Assembly: GCA_016935975.1 (NCBI GenBank)
Contig: JAFGPX010000003.1
Coordinates: 15,455-79,454 of the forward strand
Length of the DNA stretch: 64,000 nucleotides
Direction of reading: 5' to 3'
From: Deltaproteobacteria bacterium
GTDB lineage: Bacteria; Myxococcota_A; Polyangia; Fen-1088
Position 1 is the stretch's first letter. Every line of letters begins with the position of its first letter. Under the pieces are notes generated by a model. It was not told the origin of the DNA. It did no database searches and saw only the letters and a program-made list of their open reading frames with translations. Shown here piece by piece: positions 1 to 15,463 of the stretch. The translations under genes and the position numbers were made by a program.

Positions 1-376
1 GGCCCTGAGCTTGCTTGGCGGCGCGGGCGGTGCGTTCGATGCCGAAAGCGGGGCCGGCGTCGTGCACGTGCCGGCGATGCTGCTCGGCAGCTATCACGTG
101 GCCCGCTGGTTTTCGCCCTACGTGGGGGCCGGGTACGGCGCCTTCTGGATCTTCAACTACGCCTCCACGCAGGACGTCCCGCCGGGCTCGACCGCCGCTC
201 CCCGCGCCTGGCACGGCGACGGTCTGCTGATGTTGCATGCCGGATTCGAGCTGGGTTCGCCCGGCCGTCCGGCCTTCCTGCTGGAGTACGGCTACCTGCG
301 CCCCATCGTCAGCGATCCCGGCGACCACTACGCCTTCGCCACCAACCACCTGTTCCTCGGTGGCATTCGCTTCTAG
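1..376 (+). CDS. Outer-membrane beta-barrel protein, C-terminal fragment (5' end outside the window)
   Basis: The frame is open to the window edge. The C-terminus has alternating aromatic/hydrophobic residues and ends in ...LFLGGIRF, a terminal Phe typical of OMP beta-barrels. Confidence 0.4.
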   Translation, partial: ALSLLGGAGGAFDAESGAGVVHVPAMLLGSYHVARWFSPYVGAGYGAFWIFNYASTQDVPPGSTAAPRAWHGDGLLMLHAGFELGSPGRPAFLLEYGYLRPIVSDPGDHYAFATNHLFLGGIRF

Positions 377-449
377 CCGTGGGCTTTGGCCCGAGCGCGC
401 GTCCCGGAGCTTGGCGGGCATCCCGCCGGCGAAGTACAATCCTTGCGAG

Positions 450-782
450 ATGATTTCCGAACGCCTGGCGAAGATCGAAGCCACCCTCCGGAGCAGCAGC
501 ACCATTCCCGAGGCCACCCGGCAGGAATTGCTGGAGCTCGTGGCCGGGCTCAAGGCGGAAGTCGTGCCCCTCTGCGAAAGCCATGGCGCCACGGCGCACG
601 AGATCGCGGGCAACGCCGAAGCCGCCGTACACGCCTCCGTCCGGCGGGAAGAGCATCCCGAGCAGGCGGCGCAAGCCGTGGAGGGCCTGGCGGCCTCGGT
701 GCGCCAGTTCGAGGCTTCCCATCCGCGCTTGGTGGAGATCGTGGACCAGCTCGCGCTCACCCTGTCGAACCTGGGGATCTGA
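450..782 (+). CDS. DUF4404-family small protein
   Basis: ATG at 450 inside ORF 237..782. The 110-aa product ends in ...LALTLSNLGI, the hallmark of DUF4404 proteins. The upstream part of the ORF is Arg/Pro/Ser-rich junk. Confidence 0.55.
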   Translation: MISERLAKIEATLRSSSTIPEATRQELLELVAGLKAEVVPLCESHGATAHEIAGNAEAAVHASVRREEHPEQAAQAVEGLAASVRQFEASHPRLVEIVDQLALTLSNLGI

Positions 783-817
783 CAGCCGTCGCGCCGAACG
801 CGGCGCTGGCTCGCCGC

Positions 818-1519
818 TCACAGGTGCTTGGGCGCGTCCTCTTCCTTGGGGGGCGGCTCCTTGGTCTGCGCCTCCAGGGCGTTGCGGACCACGTCGCGGG
901 AGCCCAGGCCCACGGCCAGCGCCAGAGCCAACACCACGCCGCCGAAGAGCAGGGCGAAGGCGATCTTCACGATGTCGCCGCCCACCCCCAGGTGGTCGAG
1001 AGCCATGGCATAGGCGACGATGAGCAGCAGCCACTTCATGACCTGGCTTGCCAGCCGCGCCGACTGGATCTGCAGGTTGACGGCGCCGACCAGCACGCTC
1101 CGGGCCAGGAAGCGGGCAATCAAGCTGCCGAAGAACAGAATCGCCAGCGCGACCAACAGCGTCGGCAAGTAGCGAAAGAGGCGGATGAACAGCTGGGTCA
1201 TCAGGTTGTCCTCGACGGCCAGCAATCCGAGCAGCAAGCCGAACAGGATCACGACCCAGCTTGTCACTCGGCAGACGAGCTGCGTGGGGCTCTTGCCCGG
1301 CGAGATATCGGCCACGCCCGGGAATCCCCACTGCTCCAGCCGCGCATCGAACTTCACGCCGCGCAGCATGCGCCGGAGCACCACCCGAATCATCCAGGCG
1401 AGGAGAATCGACAACAACAGCGCCAACAAGATGGCGACAAGGCTCGGGAGAAATGCCGCCAGACCTGTCAGCGCCCGCTCGAGCGATGCGCTCAGGGTGT
1501 CTTCGACGTTTTTCCACAT
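818..1519 (-). CDS. Polytopic membrane protein with conserved TM-helix repeats (MscS-associated TM_helix-like)
   Basis: 233 aa with four or more hydrophobic helices and a charged C-terminal tail (KEPPPKEEDAPKHL). Composition is balanced, unlike the shadow ORFs that overlap it. Confidence 0.5.
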   Translation of the reverse strand: MWKNVEDTLSASLERALTGLAAFLPSLVAILLALLLSILLAWMIRVVLRRMLRGVKFDARLEQWGFPGVADISPGKSPTQLVCRVTSWVVILFGLLLGLLAVEDNLMTQLFIRLFRYLPTLLVALAILFFGSLIARFLARSVLVGAVNLQIQSARLASQVMKWLLLIVAYAMALDHLGVGGDIVKIAFALLFGGVVLALALAVGLGSRDVVRNALEAQTKEPPPKEEDAPKHL

Positions 1520-1547
1520 GATGAGCTGTCCTTTCTGGGAACGGGGT

Positions 1548-2831
1548 TCACGGGTTGAACCGGTCGGGGGATCGCCATCGGGAAATCAGATACGGCTTCT
1601 GCACTTCGTAGGCCTGGCAGAGCTGTTCCAGGCGCCGCTCGCTCTCGGCGATGCTCGCGTCCCGCATCTCGCGCCCGAAGGACGCCAGCCATCCATTGTA
1701 GAGCGGCAGGAACGAGCCCAGAAGGTGGCTCCGGTTGAGCGAGCGCATGCGGTAGCCGAGCGCGAAATCGAACACGAGCCGGCACCAGACATCGTCGGCG
1801 ATGGCGAAGGCTTCGGCGGGCCGGGCGGCGACGCGCTTGAGATCGAGCAGGGTGGCGGGCGGCAGCACCACGCTCCACAGCTCCTGCAGGTTGCGAAAGC
1901 CGAGTCGGAACGAGTCGGCCAGCTTGGCCACGTCGAAGCTCACGGTCGAAGAAACGTCGCTCGAGGTCGCGCCGAACACCGGGATGGGCTGCGCGCCGCG
2001 AATCCGCTGCCAGACGGCGGCATTGCGGGTCATGTCCTCGAACAGAGAGCCGAGAACGTGGGTCAGCACGGTGCCCAGATCCGGCGGCGCGCCCGAGAGC
2101 ACCTGCTGCTTCGGCCCCAGGTGGACCTGGCACAGCTTGAAGCCACCGCAGATGGCCTGGGTGGTCGTCCAGATGTCGATGCCGATGCGGGCGAGATCGG
2201 TTCCCCAGATGTTCCCGCCCAGGTAGCGCTCGACCAGGGCGGCGGAGAACGCGTACTCGCCGCCCATGGGCTGGCGCATGAACCTGCCGTAGAGCGAGCG
2301 CACGAGCGGACGCACGATGGCGTTGGTGATGGCGCCGTCGAACTTGTGCCGGGCGTAGATGGGCACCGCCAAATCGAAGCCCTGCTCGAGGATGGGACGA
2401 CAGAGCGAACCGACCCAATCCGGCGACGCCGAAGCGAGATCCGGGCTCAGCATGAGGCAGGCGCGCGCGCCCGCCAGCTTGGCGACGCGCAGGACGAGGT
2501 GCAGGCCCTGTGCCTTGCCGAGAATGCCGTGATAGGGCAGATCGCGGCTCTGCGCCGGAACGGCGGCCTGGACGAGGCTCGCGCCCTCGTCCTCGCCCCT
2601 GGCCGAGGCCGCGACCTGGTCCATGCTTCCATCCGTGGAGCCACAGTCCGTGTTGACGATCAGGGCCTTCTTCCCCGGGAAGGCGTCCTGCAGTCCTTGC
2701 CGGATCGCGGCCGCGACCGCTCCGACGGTTTGCGCGTGGTTGTGGCTGGGCAGGCCGACGACGATCTCGGCGCCACCCTGTTGCTCGACGATTTGGGCGA
2801 TGTGGGATAGAGGCGAATCCTGCTCAGCCAT
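1548..2831 (-). CDS. GT-A fold glycosyltransferase, mannosylglycerate/glucosyl(-3-phospho)glycerate synthase-like
   Basis: N-terminal Rossmann-like IVVGLPSHN...ALIVNTDCGSTDGS region, then QPMGGEYAFS...WGTDLARIGIDIW motifs resembling GT78/GT81 compatible-solute synthases. The ATG giving MAEQDSPL was chosen as start. Confidence 0.65.
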   Translation of the reverse strand: MAEQDSPLSHIAQIVEQQGGAEIVVGLPSHNHAQTVGAVAAAIRQGLQDAFPGKKALIVNTDCGSTDGSMDQVAASARGEDEGASLVQAAVPAQSRDLPYHGILGKAQGLHLVLRVAKLAGARACLMLSPDLASASPDWVGSLCRPILEQGFDLAVPIYARHKFDGAITNAIVRPLVRSLYGRFMRQPMGGEYAFSAALVERYLGGNIWGTDLARIGIDIWTTTQAICGGFKLCQVHLGPKQQVLSGAPPDLGTVLTHVLGSLFEDMTRNAAVWQRIRGAQPIPVFGATSSDVSSTVSFDVAKLADSFRLGFRNLQELWSVVLPPATLLDLKRVAARPAEAFAIADDVWCRLVFDFALGYRMRSLNRSHLLGSFLPLYNGWLASFGREMRDASIAESERRLEQLCQAYEVQKPYLISRWRSPDRFNP

Positions 2832-2996
2832 GATCGACTTGCTCTCGTGCCAGCCAGCCGCAACGCCGGTCGCAGAGGCCGGCAAACGAGGAGAAGCAGA
2901 GGAACGGAGCCGGAGAGATTATCTGTCTTCTATCGCAATCCACCCTCTGTTTCTCCGTTTCTTGCTGCTTTCTTCCTCGGGTGACTGGTGTTGCGG

Positions 2997-6314
<3,318 letters not shown>

Positions 6315-6758
6315 GCTGGTCGTGGTTCCTCGCTTGGGAAAGACCAGGGGAGAGAGTAGCACGGACGCGACGGCGCCGAGGTGCGACCGGGCCGGTTGCC
6401 GTCGCGGTGGCACGTCGCTTGCGGGCATCTTCCGCAGCGCTTGCCAATGGGCAGCGAAGATGCGATTGCGCCGAGCTGGCGGGCCTCGAAAAGAAAGGAG
6501 GATTTGCGTCTGGAACGGCTTGCACGAGCACGGACGAGGCCGGGCGCGACACGGCCAAGGGACGAGGCCTGGAAACGCTCCGGCGCGTGGCACCTTGCCA
6601 CGCGAGACGAAACGCCACAGGGGAGGCTTGCCGTCGACTGCCGATGGCCGGCGGCAGCCCGGCGTCGATCGCCAGACCTGCTCCTGGCGCAGCGCGAGCC
6701 GCGGCCGTGCGGACACCGCAGCGATAGGACTTCTCGCCAGAAGGCCCCCAGCGGCCCG

Positions 6759-8684
6759 TTGGAGTCGCAGCATCGAGGACGGCGGAAGCGGCGGCGGGCG
6801 CAGCCGCTGTGCACTCTCCTCGTCGGGTTGCTCGGCACGATGGGATCTGTGCCCGCGGTCCATGCCGCTTCGGGTTTCATCGTGTCTCCCCCCATCCTCG
6901 ATGACGACAACCACGAGATGGTGTTCTTGGTGGGAGGGCTGTCCGCGGATCGCACCACGCTCAAACCCTCCACGGTCGACATCGAGATCGACGGACGACC
7001 CGCGCCCGCGAGGAAGGCGACCGAGGTCTTCTCCGAGTACGCCCAAGCCGCGGCCGAGGCGAACAAGCGTTGGAAACCGCCACTTGCGGTCGGCTTGGTC
7101 TACTTGTGGGTCAAAGACATCCCGGCCGGAATCGCCGATGCGATTCTGGAAGGGCTGAGCGGTTTCCTCCGTCGGATTCCGGCGCGCACCAACGTCTATG
7201 CCACCCTCTACGGGCGCAAACGCCAGCCCATCCCCAGGCTCAAGGCCTCGGAGATAGCGTCGCAACTGCACGACATCGGCTACCTCGGAGGCGATCGCCC
7301 GAACTTGGCCGACGCCATACGGCTCGACCTTCGGGCCCTGCTCGGGGACGACAGTCCGTTCAAGGTCCTCGTGGTTGTCACCGACGGGCGAGACCACGAC
7401 GACTACCAGGGAGAGAGCTCGGCGGATTTCGTGGCCTTGGCCGACGAGATCCGCAATGCCGGCGTACAACTCATGGTCGTGTCGTTCGCGCCTTTCGAGG
7501 CCGACGCCGAGCGAAGCCGGAAGAACCTCGTCCACCTCGGCAGCTCGGGCGCCGTTCGCCGCGCCATCGAGTCGCCCCTGGGCATGCAGGCCGCGCTCGA
7601 AGCACTGGGGCAGGCCATCGCGGACATGCGTCGCGTGCGCCTGGACATCCCGTGGGGCTGGCGCAACTTCGGTGGCACGCGCCGGATCCGTCTGGACGTC
7701 GCGATCGACGGCAGGCAGCGCGTGATCGAGGTCGGCGAAGTCACGCTCCCGGCCCGCAAGAAGCCGTGGTTGGTGGCGTTCGGGGTTCTGCTCGGCACGC
7801 TGGCCGTTGCCGCCGGCGCCGTGCTCTACTGGCGCCGGCGGTCGGTCCGGCCCGGCGATCGGGAAGACGAAGACTCCTCGCCGGTGGTGGCGGCGGCGCA
7901 CTCCCTCATCGCGCGCGGGCTCTCTGCGCCGCGGGCCTTGGTCGAGCTCACGCGCAGCTTTCCGAAGGAGGTGTCTACCCTGGCGACTCTCGACGCCTCG
8001 GTGTTCGCCGACGAGCGATTTCCGCTTTTTCGGACCAGGCCAGGCAGACGTCGCCTAGAGGAACTGCGAGCGTTGCTGGCGCACGAGGCGGGTGACGACG
8101 GTCTGTTGGGCGAGGAGCTCGCGGAGGTCTTGTCCCGATCCATCTCGAGTGGAGCGCCAGCCGAGCAGGTGGCGAGCAACATCGCGGCGCGTGTGCCCGA
8201 GGACCAGTGGGGCGCGTTTTCGCGCATGGCTCTCGACGACTTGGCCTATGCGCTGCGTGCGTCGGGAGCACGCTATCCCGTGCTGGCCTCGCCGCATGCC
8301 CGGGGGGTAGCCTTGGAGATCCAAGCCGCACTCCGCAGCGAGGGCCGAAACGTCGGCAGAGTAGTGGCCGTGGGCTGGCTGGTGCGCGTGGCGGGACAGG
8401 GGGAGCGCGGCGAAACCGTGCGCCTGCCGGCGGGCCGTGCCGTCCTGGGACGGGCGCCCGGTTGCAGCCTGCGCATGGACGGCGACACGCAGATCGCAGC
8501 GCGACACGCCGCGATCGTCGAGCAACATGGCGCGTTCTTCATCCAGTCGGTGCAGGGAGAAGTCCGCGTCGAGGCCAGACCCGTGCGCGGCAGTGCGCCG
8601 CTGAGCGACGGCGATACCATCGCGATCGGCAGGAGCCAGTTCGTCTTCAAGTGCGTGTCGAGCGGCCACGCGGGCCCGAGCTAA
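6759..8684 (+). CDS. Secreted/membrane VWA-domain protein with C-terminal cytoplasmic FHA domain
   Basis: Signal peptide RRKRRRAQPLCTLLVGLLG...AVHA. VWA core FKVLVVVTDGRDHDD. A single TM helix PWLVAFGVLLGTLAVAAGAVLYWRRR. C-terminal FHA-like GRAPGCSLRMDGDTQIAARHAAIVEQHGAFFIQ...GDTIAIGRSQFVF. The start is uncertain: TTG at 6759 gives a full signal peptide, and ATG at 6840 is the alternative. Confidence 0.75.
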   Translation: MESQHRGRRKRRRAQPLCTLLVGLLGTMGSVPAVHAASGFIVSPPILDDDNHEMVFLVGGLSADRTTLKPSTVDIEIDGRPAPARKATEVFSEYAQAAAEANKRWKPPLAVGLVYLWVKDIPAGIADAILEGLSGFLRRIPARTNVYATLYGRKRQPIPRLKASEIASQLHDIGYLGGDRPNLADAIRLDLRALLGDDSPFKVLVVVTDGRDHDDYQGESSADFVALADEIRNAGVQLMVVSFAPFEADAERSRKNLVHLGSSGAVRRAIESPLGMQAALEALGQAIADMRRVRLDIPWGWRNFGGTRRIRLDVAIDGRQRVIEVGEVTLPARKKPWLVAFGVLLGTLAVAAGAVLYWRRRSVRPGDREDEDSSPVVAAAHSLIARGLSAPRALVELTRSFPKEVSTLATLDASVFADERFPLFRTRPGRRRLEELRALLAHEAGDDGLLGEELAEVLSRSISSGAPAEQVASNIAARVPEDQWGAFSRMALDDLAYALRASGARYPVLASPHARGVALEIQAALRSEGRNVGRVVAVGWLVRVAGQGERGETVRLPAGRAVLGRAPGCSLRMDGDTQIAARHAAIVEQHGAFFIQSVQGEVRVEARPVRGSAPLSDGDTIAIGRSQFVFKCVSSGHAGPS

Positions 8685-8950
8685 CCGGGGACGGCAAGCT
8701 TCCTGGCCGGCCAGAAGCGGGCAAGTCGCCAGCTGTTGGCCGCAGAGACTCGATCCAGAGCAGGTCCCACTTTCGATGGCCGGGCTTGCCCGCGTGCGCC
8801 GGCGTGGCCGCGATGTGGCCATCGCACTTCCCCGGCATGTCGTGGAAACGGTGCCGAGGCGCGAAGTAGGGCGTGATGCCCGCGGCGAACACGGCCACCG
8901 GCCGCTTCGTGGGCAACGAAGAGCGGTCGATGGCCAAGCCCACGAGCAGA

Positions 8951-9878
8951 CTACTGAGATGCGCATTGGTGGGCCGCGCGTGCTCGCCACGCGCTCTCTC
9001 GGCGTCCCGTCCACAAGCCCAGGAGCGCGCCGAGCAGGAGCGGCGCATTGAGAGTGTCGTGCGCAAAAGAGCGCCAGATGTAGCCGAGGCCGCGACCGAG
9101 GTCGGTGGCCCCGCCCGCGATCTTGGCCTGGAAGGTGTTGGGCAGCCACCAGCCGTAGTAGAGCCGCTGGGAAACCAGCACCACCAACACCGGCACCGTG
9201 CCCGCCGCCAAACCAAGGAGCAGCCGCCGAGGCCTGGGCTCGCGTGCCGCCTGGACCAGAACGAGCAGGCAGGCCGCGCCGAAGAGTAGGAGACCGTCGG
9301 CGCGGGCCACGAACGCCAGGCTCGCGAAGAGGGGGCGAGCGCACGCGACGGCCGTCCCCGAAGTCCGGGCAGCCATGGGGCAGAGGCCAGCGTCACGAAA
9401 ACGGCCATGAGCGTGGTTTCCATGCCTGCGCCCCCCAAAGCAGCACGGATCCGTTCAGCCCCACGAGAAACGCGGCCAGCAGCGAAGGCCAGGCGCCCAG
9501 CGGTCGTGCGAGAAAGAAGAAGACGACGACAAGCGTCGCGTGGCACAGAAAGCCCACGGCCAGCACCGGCAACGCGGCCCACTCCAGCGACGGCTCGACG
9601 ATGTGCGCGGCCGCCATGAGGAGCGTCCATCCCAGATTCGTGTACCCCTGCACGCGCTCGCCGGGGTCGAAGACCCACCCGTCGCCATGGGCCAGGTCAT
9701 AGGCGTAGCGCATGGAGATCATCGCGTCTTCGAACAGGAACGCGTACGAGCGACCGGCCAGCAGAAACAGGTAGCGCGCCCGAGTTTCCAGGAAGAAGAC
9801 GAGTTGGGCCACGGCAAGGACGGGAAGCAAGGGCAGCCAGCGGCGCAACCACCCGAGGGGCGAGCGGGCAGGCGGAGT
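8951..9878 (-). pseudogene. Polytopic membrane (GT-C-like) protein gene split over two frames; possible frameshift pseudogene or sequencing error
   Basis: Protein-like membrane sequence continues from frame A (YLFLLAGRSYAFLFEDAMISMRYAYDLAHGDGWVFDPGERVQGYTNLGW..., stop near 9393) into frame B from 9376 (...LVSQRLYYGWWLPNTFQAKIAGG...). Neither piece alone is a complete protein. Confidence 0.35.
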
Positions 9879-10024
9879 CACGATGGGGCCGGGCACCTGC
9901 GGAAGCGTCGCAGGTTCGGCCTGGCAATGACCCGAAAACGATCGCCACCGCCGACTCGGAGCCCGGCTCCACGGGATGAGCGAAAGGTGCGATACTCCGC
10001 TTTCCCCGAAGTTGGAGGCAGACC

Positions 10025-11434
10025 GTGACAAACCCTTGGCGCAGATGGGTGCTGCTCATGCTCCTCGGGGCGCCGGCAGCGCTCCCCGTGCTCGCAGGCT
10101 GCGGCGTGGGCGGTGACGGCGGAGGCCCCGGCGAGGGGGGCGCGCCCGGCGCCGGCGGAGCGACGGGGAGCGCTCGGGGCACGGGCGGAACGACCGGCGG
10201 CAGCGCGGGCACGGGCGGAGCCGCCGCCGCTGGCGGCAGAACGGCCATGGGCGGGGCATCGGCAGACGCCGGCGCGCAGAGTGGGGGAGGTGGGACGAGC
10301 ACGGGCGGCGTGTCCGGTGGGGGAGGTGAAACGAGCACAGGCGGCGTGTCCGGTGGGGGAGGCTCGTCGAACCCTCGCGACGGCGGCGTCTCGCCCGACA
10401 CCTCTCCCGCGGCGGACGCCTTGCCACCCTCCGCCGATGCCGAGGCAGCCGGTGTGCGCCTGCAAGGGCGATTCGATTTCACCGACGCCACGAGGCCTTC
10501 CTTCGGTTGGTCGGGCAGCGCCATGCTGGCGCGCTTCACCGGTACCGGGGCAACCCTGCGCATCGACGGCAGCCCCAACCAATTCGCGGTCGTCGTGGAT
10601 GGCGCGGTGTCGTCGCAAGCCCTCAAGGTCACGAGCGGCGCGACCCAGTACCCGTTGGCCAGCGGGCTGGCCGCCGGCCTCCACGATGTGGTCGTGTGGA
10701 AGCGCACCGAGGGCAACCAGGGCGAGAACCGTTTTCTTGGGCTCGACGTCGCAGACGGCCAGCTACGAGCACCGCCGGTACCGCCGGACCGACGCATCGA
10801 GATATACGGCGACTCGATCACCGCGGGCTACGGTCTCGACGGCAAGGGGCCAAACTGCTCCTGGTCCGCGGACACGGAGAACCACTACCTCACCTATGGC
10901 GCCATCACGGCGCGCGAGCTTTCCGCCGAGCTGCACACCGTCGCCTGGTCGGGCATCGGCATGTACCGCAACTACGACAAGAAGGAAGCCTCGCCGGACG
11001 CCATGCCCTTCGTCTACGCCCGTACCCTGCCCACCGAGTCGAGCAGCTCCTGGGCCTTCTCCACCTGGCAACCGCACGTGGTGGTCATCAACCTTGGAAC
11101 CAACGACGCCTCCACCCACGGCGATCCGGGCGCGCCCTACCGAACCGCGTACCTCGACTTCGTGCGTACTCTCCGCCAGAAGTACCCCGACACGTACTTC
11201 GTGCTCAGCATCGGACCCATGCTCGATGGCGCGGAGCTGGCCGCGATCAAAGGCCACATCCAGGCCGTGATCGAGGCCCGCGCCAGCGAGGGGGACGAAA
11301 GGCTGTCGTTCCTCGAGTTTCCGGTGCAGAGCCAGGCCGACGGCCTGGGCTGCGACTGGCATCCCAACGCGACCACGAACGCGAAAATGGCGACGTTGCT
11401 CGTCGCCGAGCTGAAGGCGCGCCTCGGTTGGTAG
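10025..11434 (+). CDS. Lipoprotein carbohydrate esterase family 2 (CE2, SGNH hydrolase) with Gly-rich linker
   Basis: GTG start with GGAGG Shine-Dalgarno 7 nt upstream. Lipobox LAGC. GDSITAGYG (SGNH block I) and GCDWHPN (catalytic His block), after an N-terminal beta-sandwich region typical of CE2 acetylesterases. Confidence 0.75.
   Translation: MTNPWRRWVLLMLLGAPAALPVLAGCGVGGDGGGPGEGGAPGAGGATGSARGTGGTTGGSAGTGGAAAAGGRTAMGGASADAGAQSGGGGTSTGGVSGGGGETSTGGVSGGGGSSNPRDGGVSPDTSPAADALPPSADAEAAGVRLQGRFDFTDATRPSFGWSGSAMLARFTGTGATLRIDGSPNQFAVVVDGAVSSQALKVTSGATQYPLASGLAAGLHDVVVWKRTEGNQGENRFLGLDVADGQLRAPPVPPDRRIEIYGDSITAGYGLDGKGPNCSWSADTENHYLTYGAITARELSAELHTVAWSGIGMYRNYDKKEASPDAMPFVYARTLPTESSSSWAFSTWQPHVVVINLGTNDASTHGDPGAPYRTAYLDFVRTLRQKYPDTYFVLSIGPMLDGAELAAIKGHIQAVIEARASEGDERLSFLEFPVQSQADGLGCDWHPNATTNAKMATLLVAELKARLGW
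10297..10368. repeat. Two copies of a 36-bp direct repeat inside the CE2 gene (encodes GGG(T/E)STGGVSGGGG)
   Basis: acgagcac(g/a)ggcggcgtgtccggtgggggagg... occurs twice in tandem. Confidence 0.6.
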
Positions 11435-11544
11435 CCACGGTGACGAGCCTTGAACGCGTTCGGCGGCCCGCGTAGCATCTGCTCTTTCGCAGATGCGTGT
11501 GCTCTGGTTGATCGGGGACGGCACACGTTCGTGTGGAGACGAAG

Positions 11545-13805
<2,261 letters not shown>

Positions 13806-13809
<4 letters not shown>

Positions 13810-14543
13810 AGAACCTCCTGGGCAGGGGCCAGCTTGCGGCCCTGCGCGAGTTCGTCCGCCGGCGCGTGCTTTTGGCCTTCGACTACGACGGCACGCTGGC
13901 GCCCATCGTGCGCGAGCCCGAAGCCGCGGCTATGCGGCCGCGCACGGCCGCGCTGCTGGCCCGGCTGGCGCAGCGCTACCCGTGCGCCGTCATCTCGGGG
14001 CGGGCGCGCGCCGACGTGATGAAGATGCTGGCCGGGATCCCCTTGCGCGCGGTGATCGGCAACCACGGCATGGAACCTTGGCGGGGCCTGCCGGCGGCGC
14101 GCCGCCGGGTGGCCGAGTGGCGCGGTCGGCTTGCCCGCGCCCTGCCGCAATCTCCGGGCGTCTTCGTCGAAGACAAGGGACCGAGCCTCGCCATTCACTA
14201 CCGGCAGGCACAAGCACGCTCGACCGTGCGTCGGCGAATCCTGTCGGCGGTGGCGGAGCTGCGCGGCGCCCGCATCGTCGAGGGCAAGATGGTGGTGAAC
14301 GTCCTGCCCGCGAACGCGCCCAACAAAGGCACGGCACTGCTGGGTTTGTGTCGACGCCTGCGCTGCGCGGCCACCATCTACGTTGGCGACGACGACAACG
14401 ACGAGGATGCCTTCGCATTGGCGGGCCGCTTCGCCGTCCTGGGCATCCGCGTGAGCCGCCGACGGCGCTCCCAAGCCGCGTACTTCCTGCCCGGACAAGC
14501 GGCCATCGACCGGTTGTTGGCCGCGCTCATCGGCATGCGGTAG
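13806..14543 (+). CDS. otsB: Trehalose-6-phosphate phosphatase (OtsB, HAD family)
   Basis: LLAFDYDGTLAPIV carries the HAD motif I (DYDGT), and VGDDDNDEDAF is motif III. The ATGA start overlaps the otsA stop. Confidence 0.85.
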
Positions 14544-14712
14544 GGGAGGGTCGCCTTTGCAGATGCCCGTGCCGCACTGGCGCAAGGTGCTATTCGACAC
14601 GACGCATGCGCTTCATCCTTGTGAAAGCTTCTGCTAGGGTGGCCCTGCTGCGAGCGCTGCCGTCGTGTCGGAAAAACACGGGGCCCTGACACTCGCACGC
14701 AGGAGCATCCTG

Positions 14713-15444
14713 ATGAGCCATCGCCACAACCACCGTTCGCAGGGAATCTCCGCCATGGGCGCGCTGCTGGCCGCAACGCTGCTCATCGCTTGCGGGCACA
14801 AGCCCGTCAGCCCCGGCACCGGCCCCGGCAGCCCGAGCGCGGCCAACGATCAGAAGACCGTCGATCTGATGCTGAAGATGCGAGCGCGGGCTCTGGCTGC
14901 TCCGGACGACGCCGTGAAGGCCTCGGACTTCGCCTATTACGTGACCCAGCTTCACCTGCAGGGTGTCACCAAGCGCCGGTCGCTCTCGCCCACCCTCGTC
15001 GACGAGGCGGTCAAGTGTCTCGACGAGGCTAGAAAAGCCAAGCCCGACGACGCCGCGGATCTGCTCGCGCGCAAAGGCGAGCTGCTGCTCGCCGCCGAGC
15101 AGACCGATGCCGGCGTCGGCGCTCTGCGCGGCTCCATGGCCGAGCGACCGAACCTGCTGGCCTTCAAGCCGCTCATCAAGCACTACGAGACGCGCAAGCT
15201 CGGTGCCGAGGCCGAGGCTTTGTGCAGGCGCGTCCTGCCCGCCATGACCACCAATCAGTCCAGGTACCTCGTGCTCGCCGAGTGCTTGCGGGCCAGCGGC
15301 GCTGCCACGCCCGAGGACGGCCTGAAGTGGGCAGGCGCCAAGGAAATCGCCTTCTACAAGAGCCGCAAGCGCGAACTCGACGCACGCGCGGCGGCCGCCG
15401 CGAAGGCCAAGGCCAAAGAAGGGGCCGACGAGGCGAAGAAGTAG
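14713..15444 (+). CDS. Hypothetical lipoprotein
   Basis: Signal peptide plus lipobox LLIACG. Helical, Ala/Lys-rich mature protein with a KAKAKEGADEAKK tail. No recognisable domain. Confidence 0.45.
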   Translation: MSHRHNHRSQGISAMGALLAATLLIACGHKPVSPGTGPGSPSAANDQKTVDLMLKMRARALAAPDDAVKASDFAYYVTQLHLQGVTKRRSLSPTLVDEAVKCLDEARKAKPDDAADLLARKGELLLAAEQTDAGVGALRGSMAERPNLLAFKPLIKHYETRKLGAEAEALCRRVLPAMTTNQSRYLVLAECLRASGAATPEDGLKWAGAKEIAFYKSRKRELDARAAAAAKAKAKEGADEAKK

Positions 15445-15463
15445 GCGCGGACGGCCCGCGCCG

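Noticed and set aside
309-1558. Long ORFs 309..1517(-) of 402 aa and 386..1558(+) of 390 aa
   Set aside because: Arg/Gly/Pro/Ala-dominated, domain-free translations typical of off-frame reading in 70% GC DNA. They overlap the better-supported membrane-protein gene at 818..1519.
8647-9678. 343-aa ORF 8647..9678(-) as a gene
   Set aside because: Mostly W/R/S/C-rich non-protein-like translation. Only possibly its last about 100 codons could be a third-frame tail of the disrupted membrane-protein gene.
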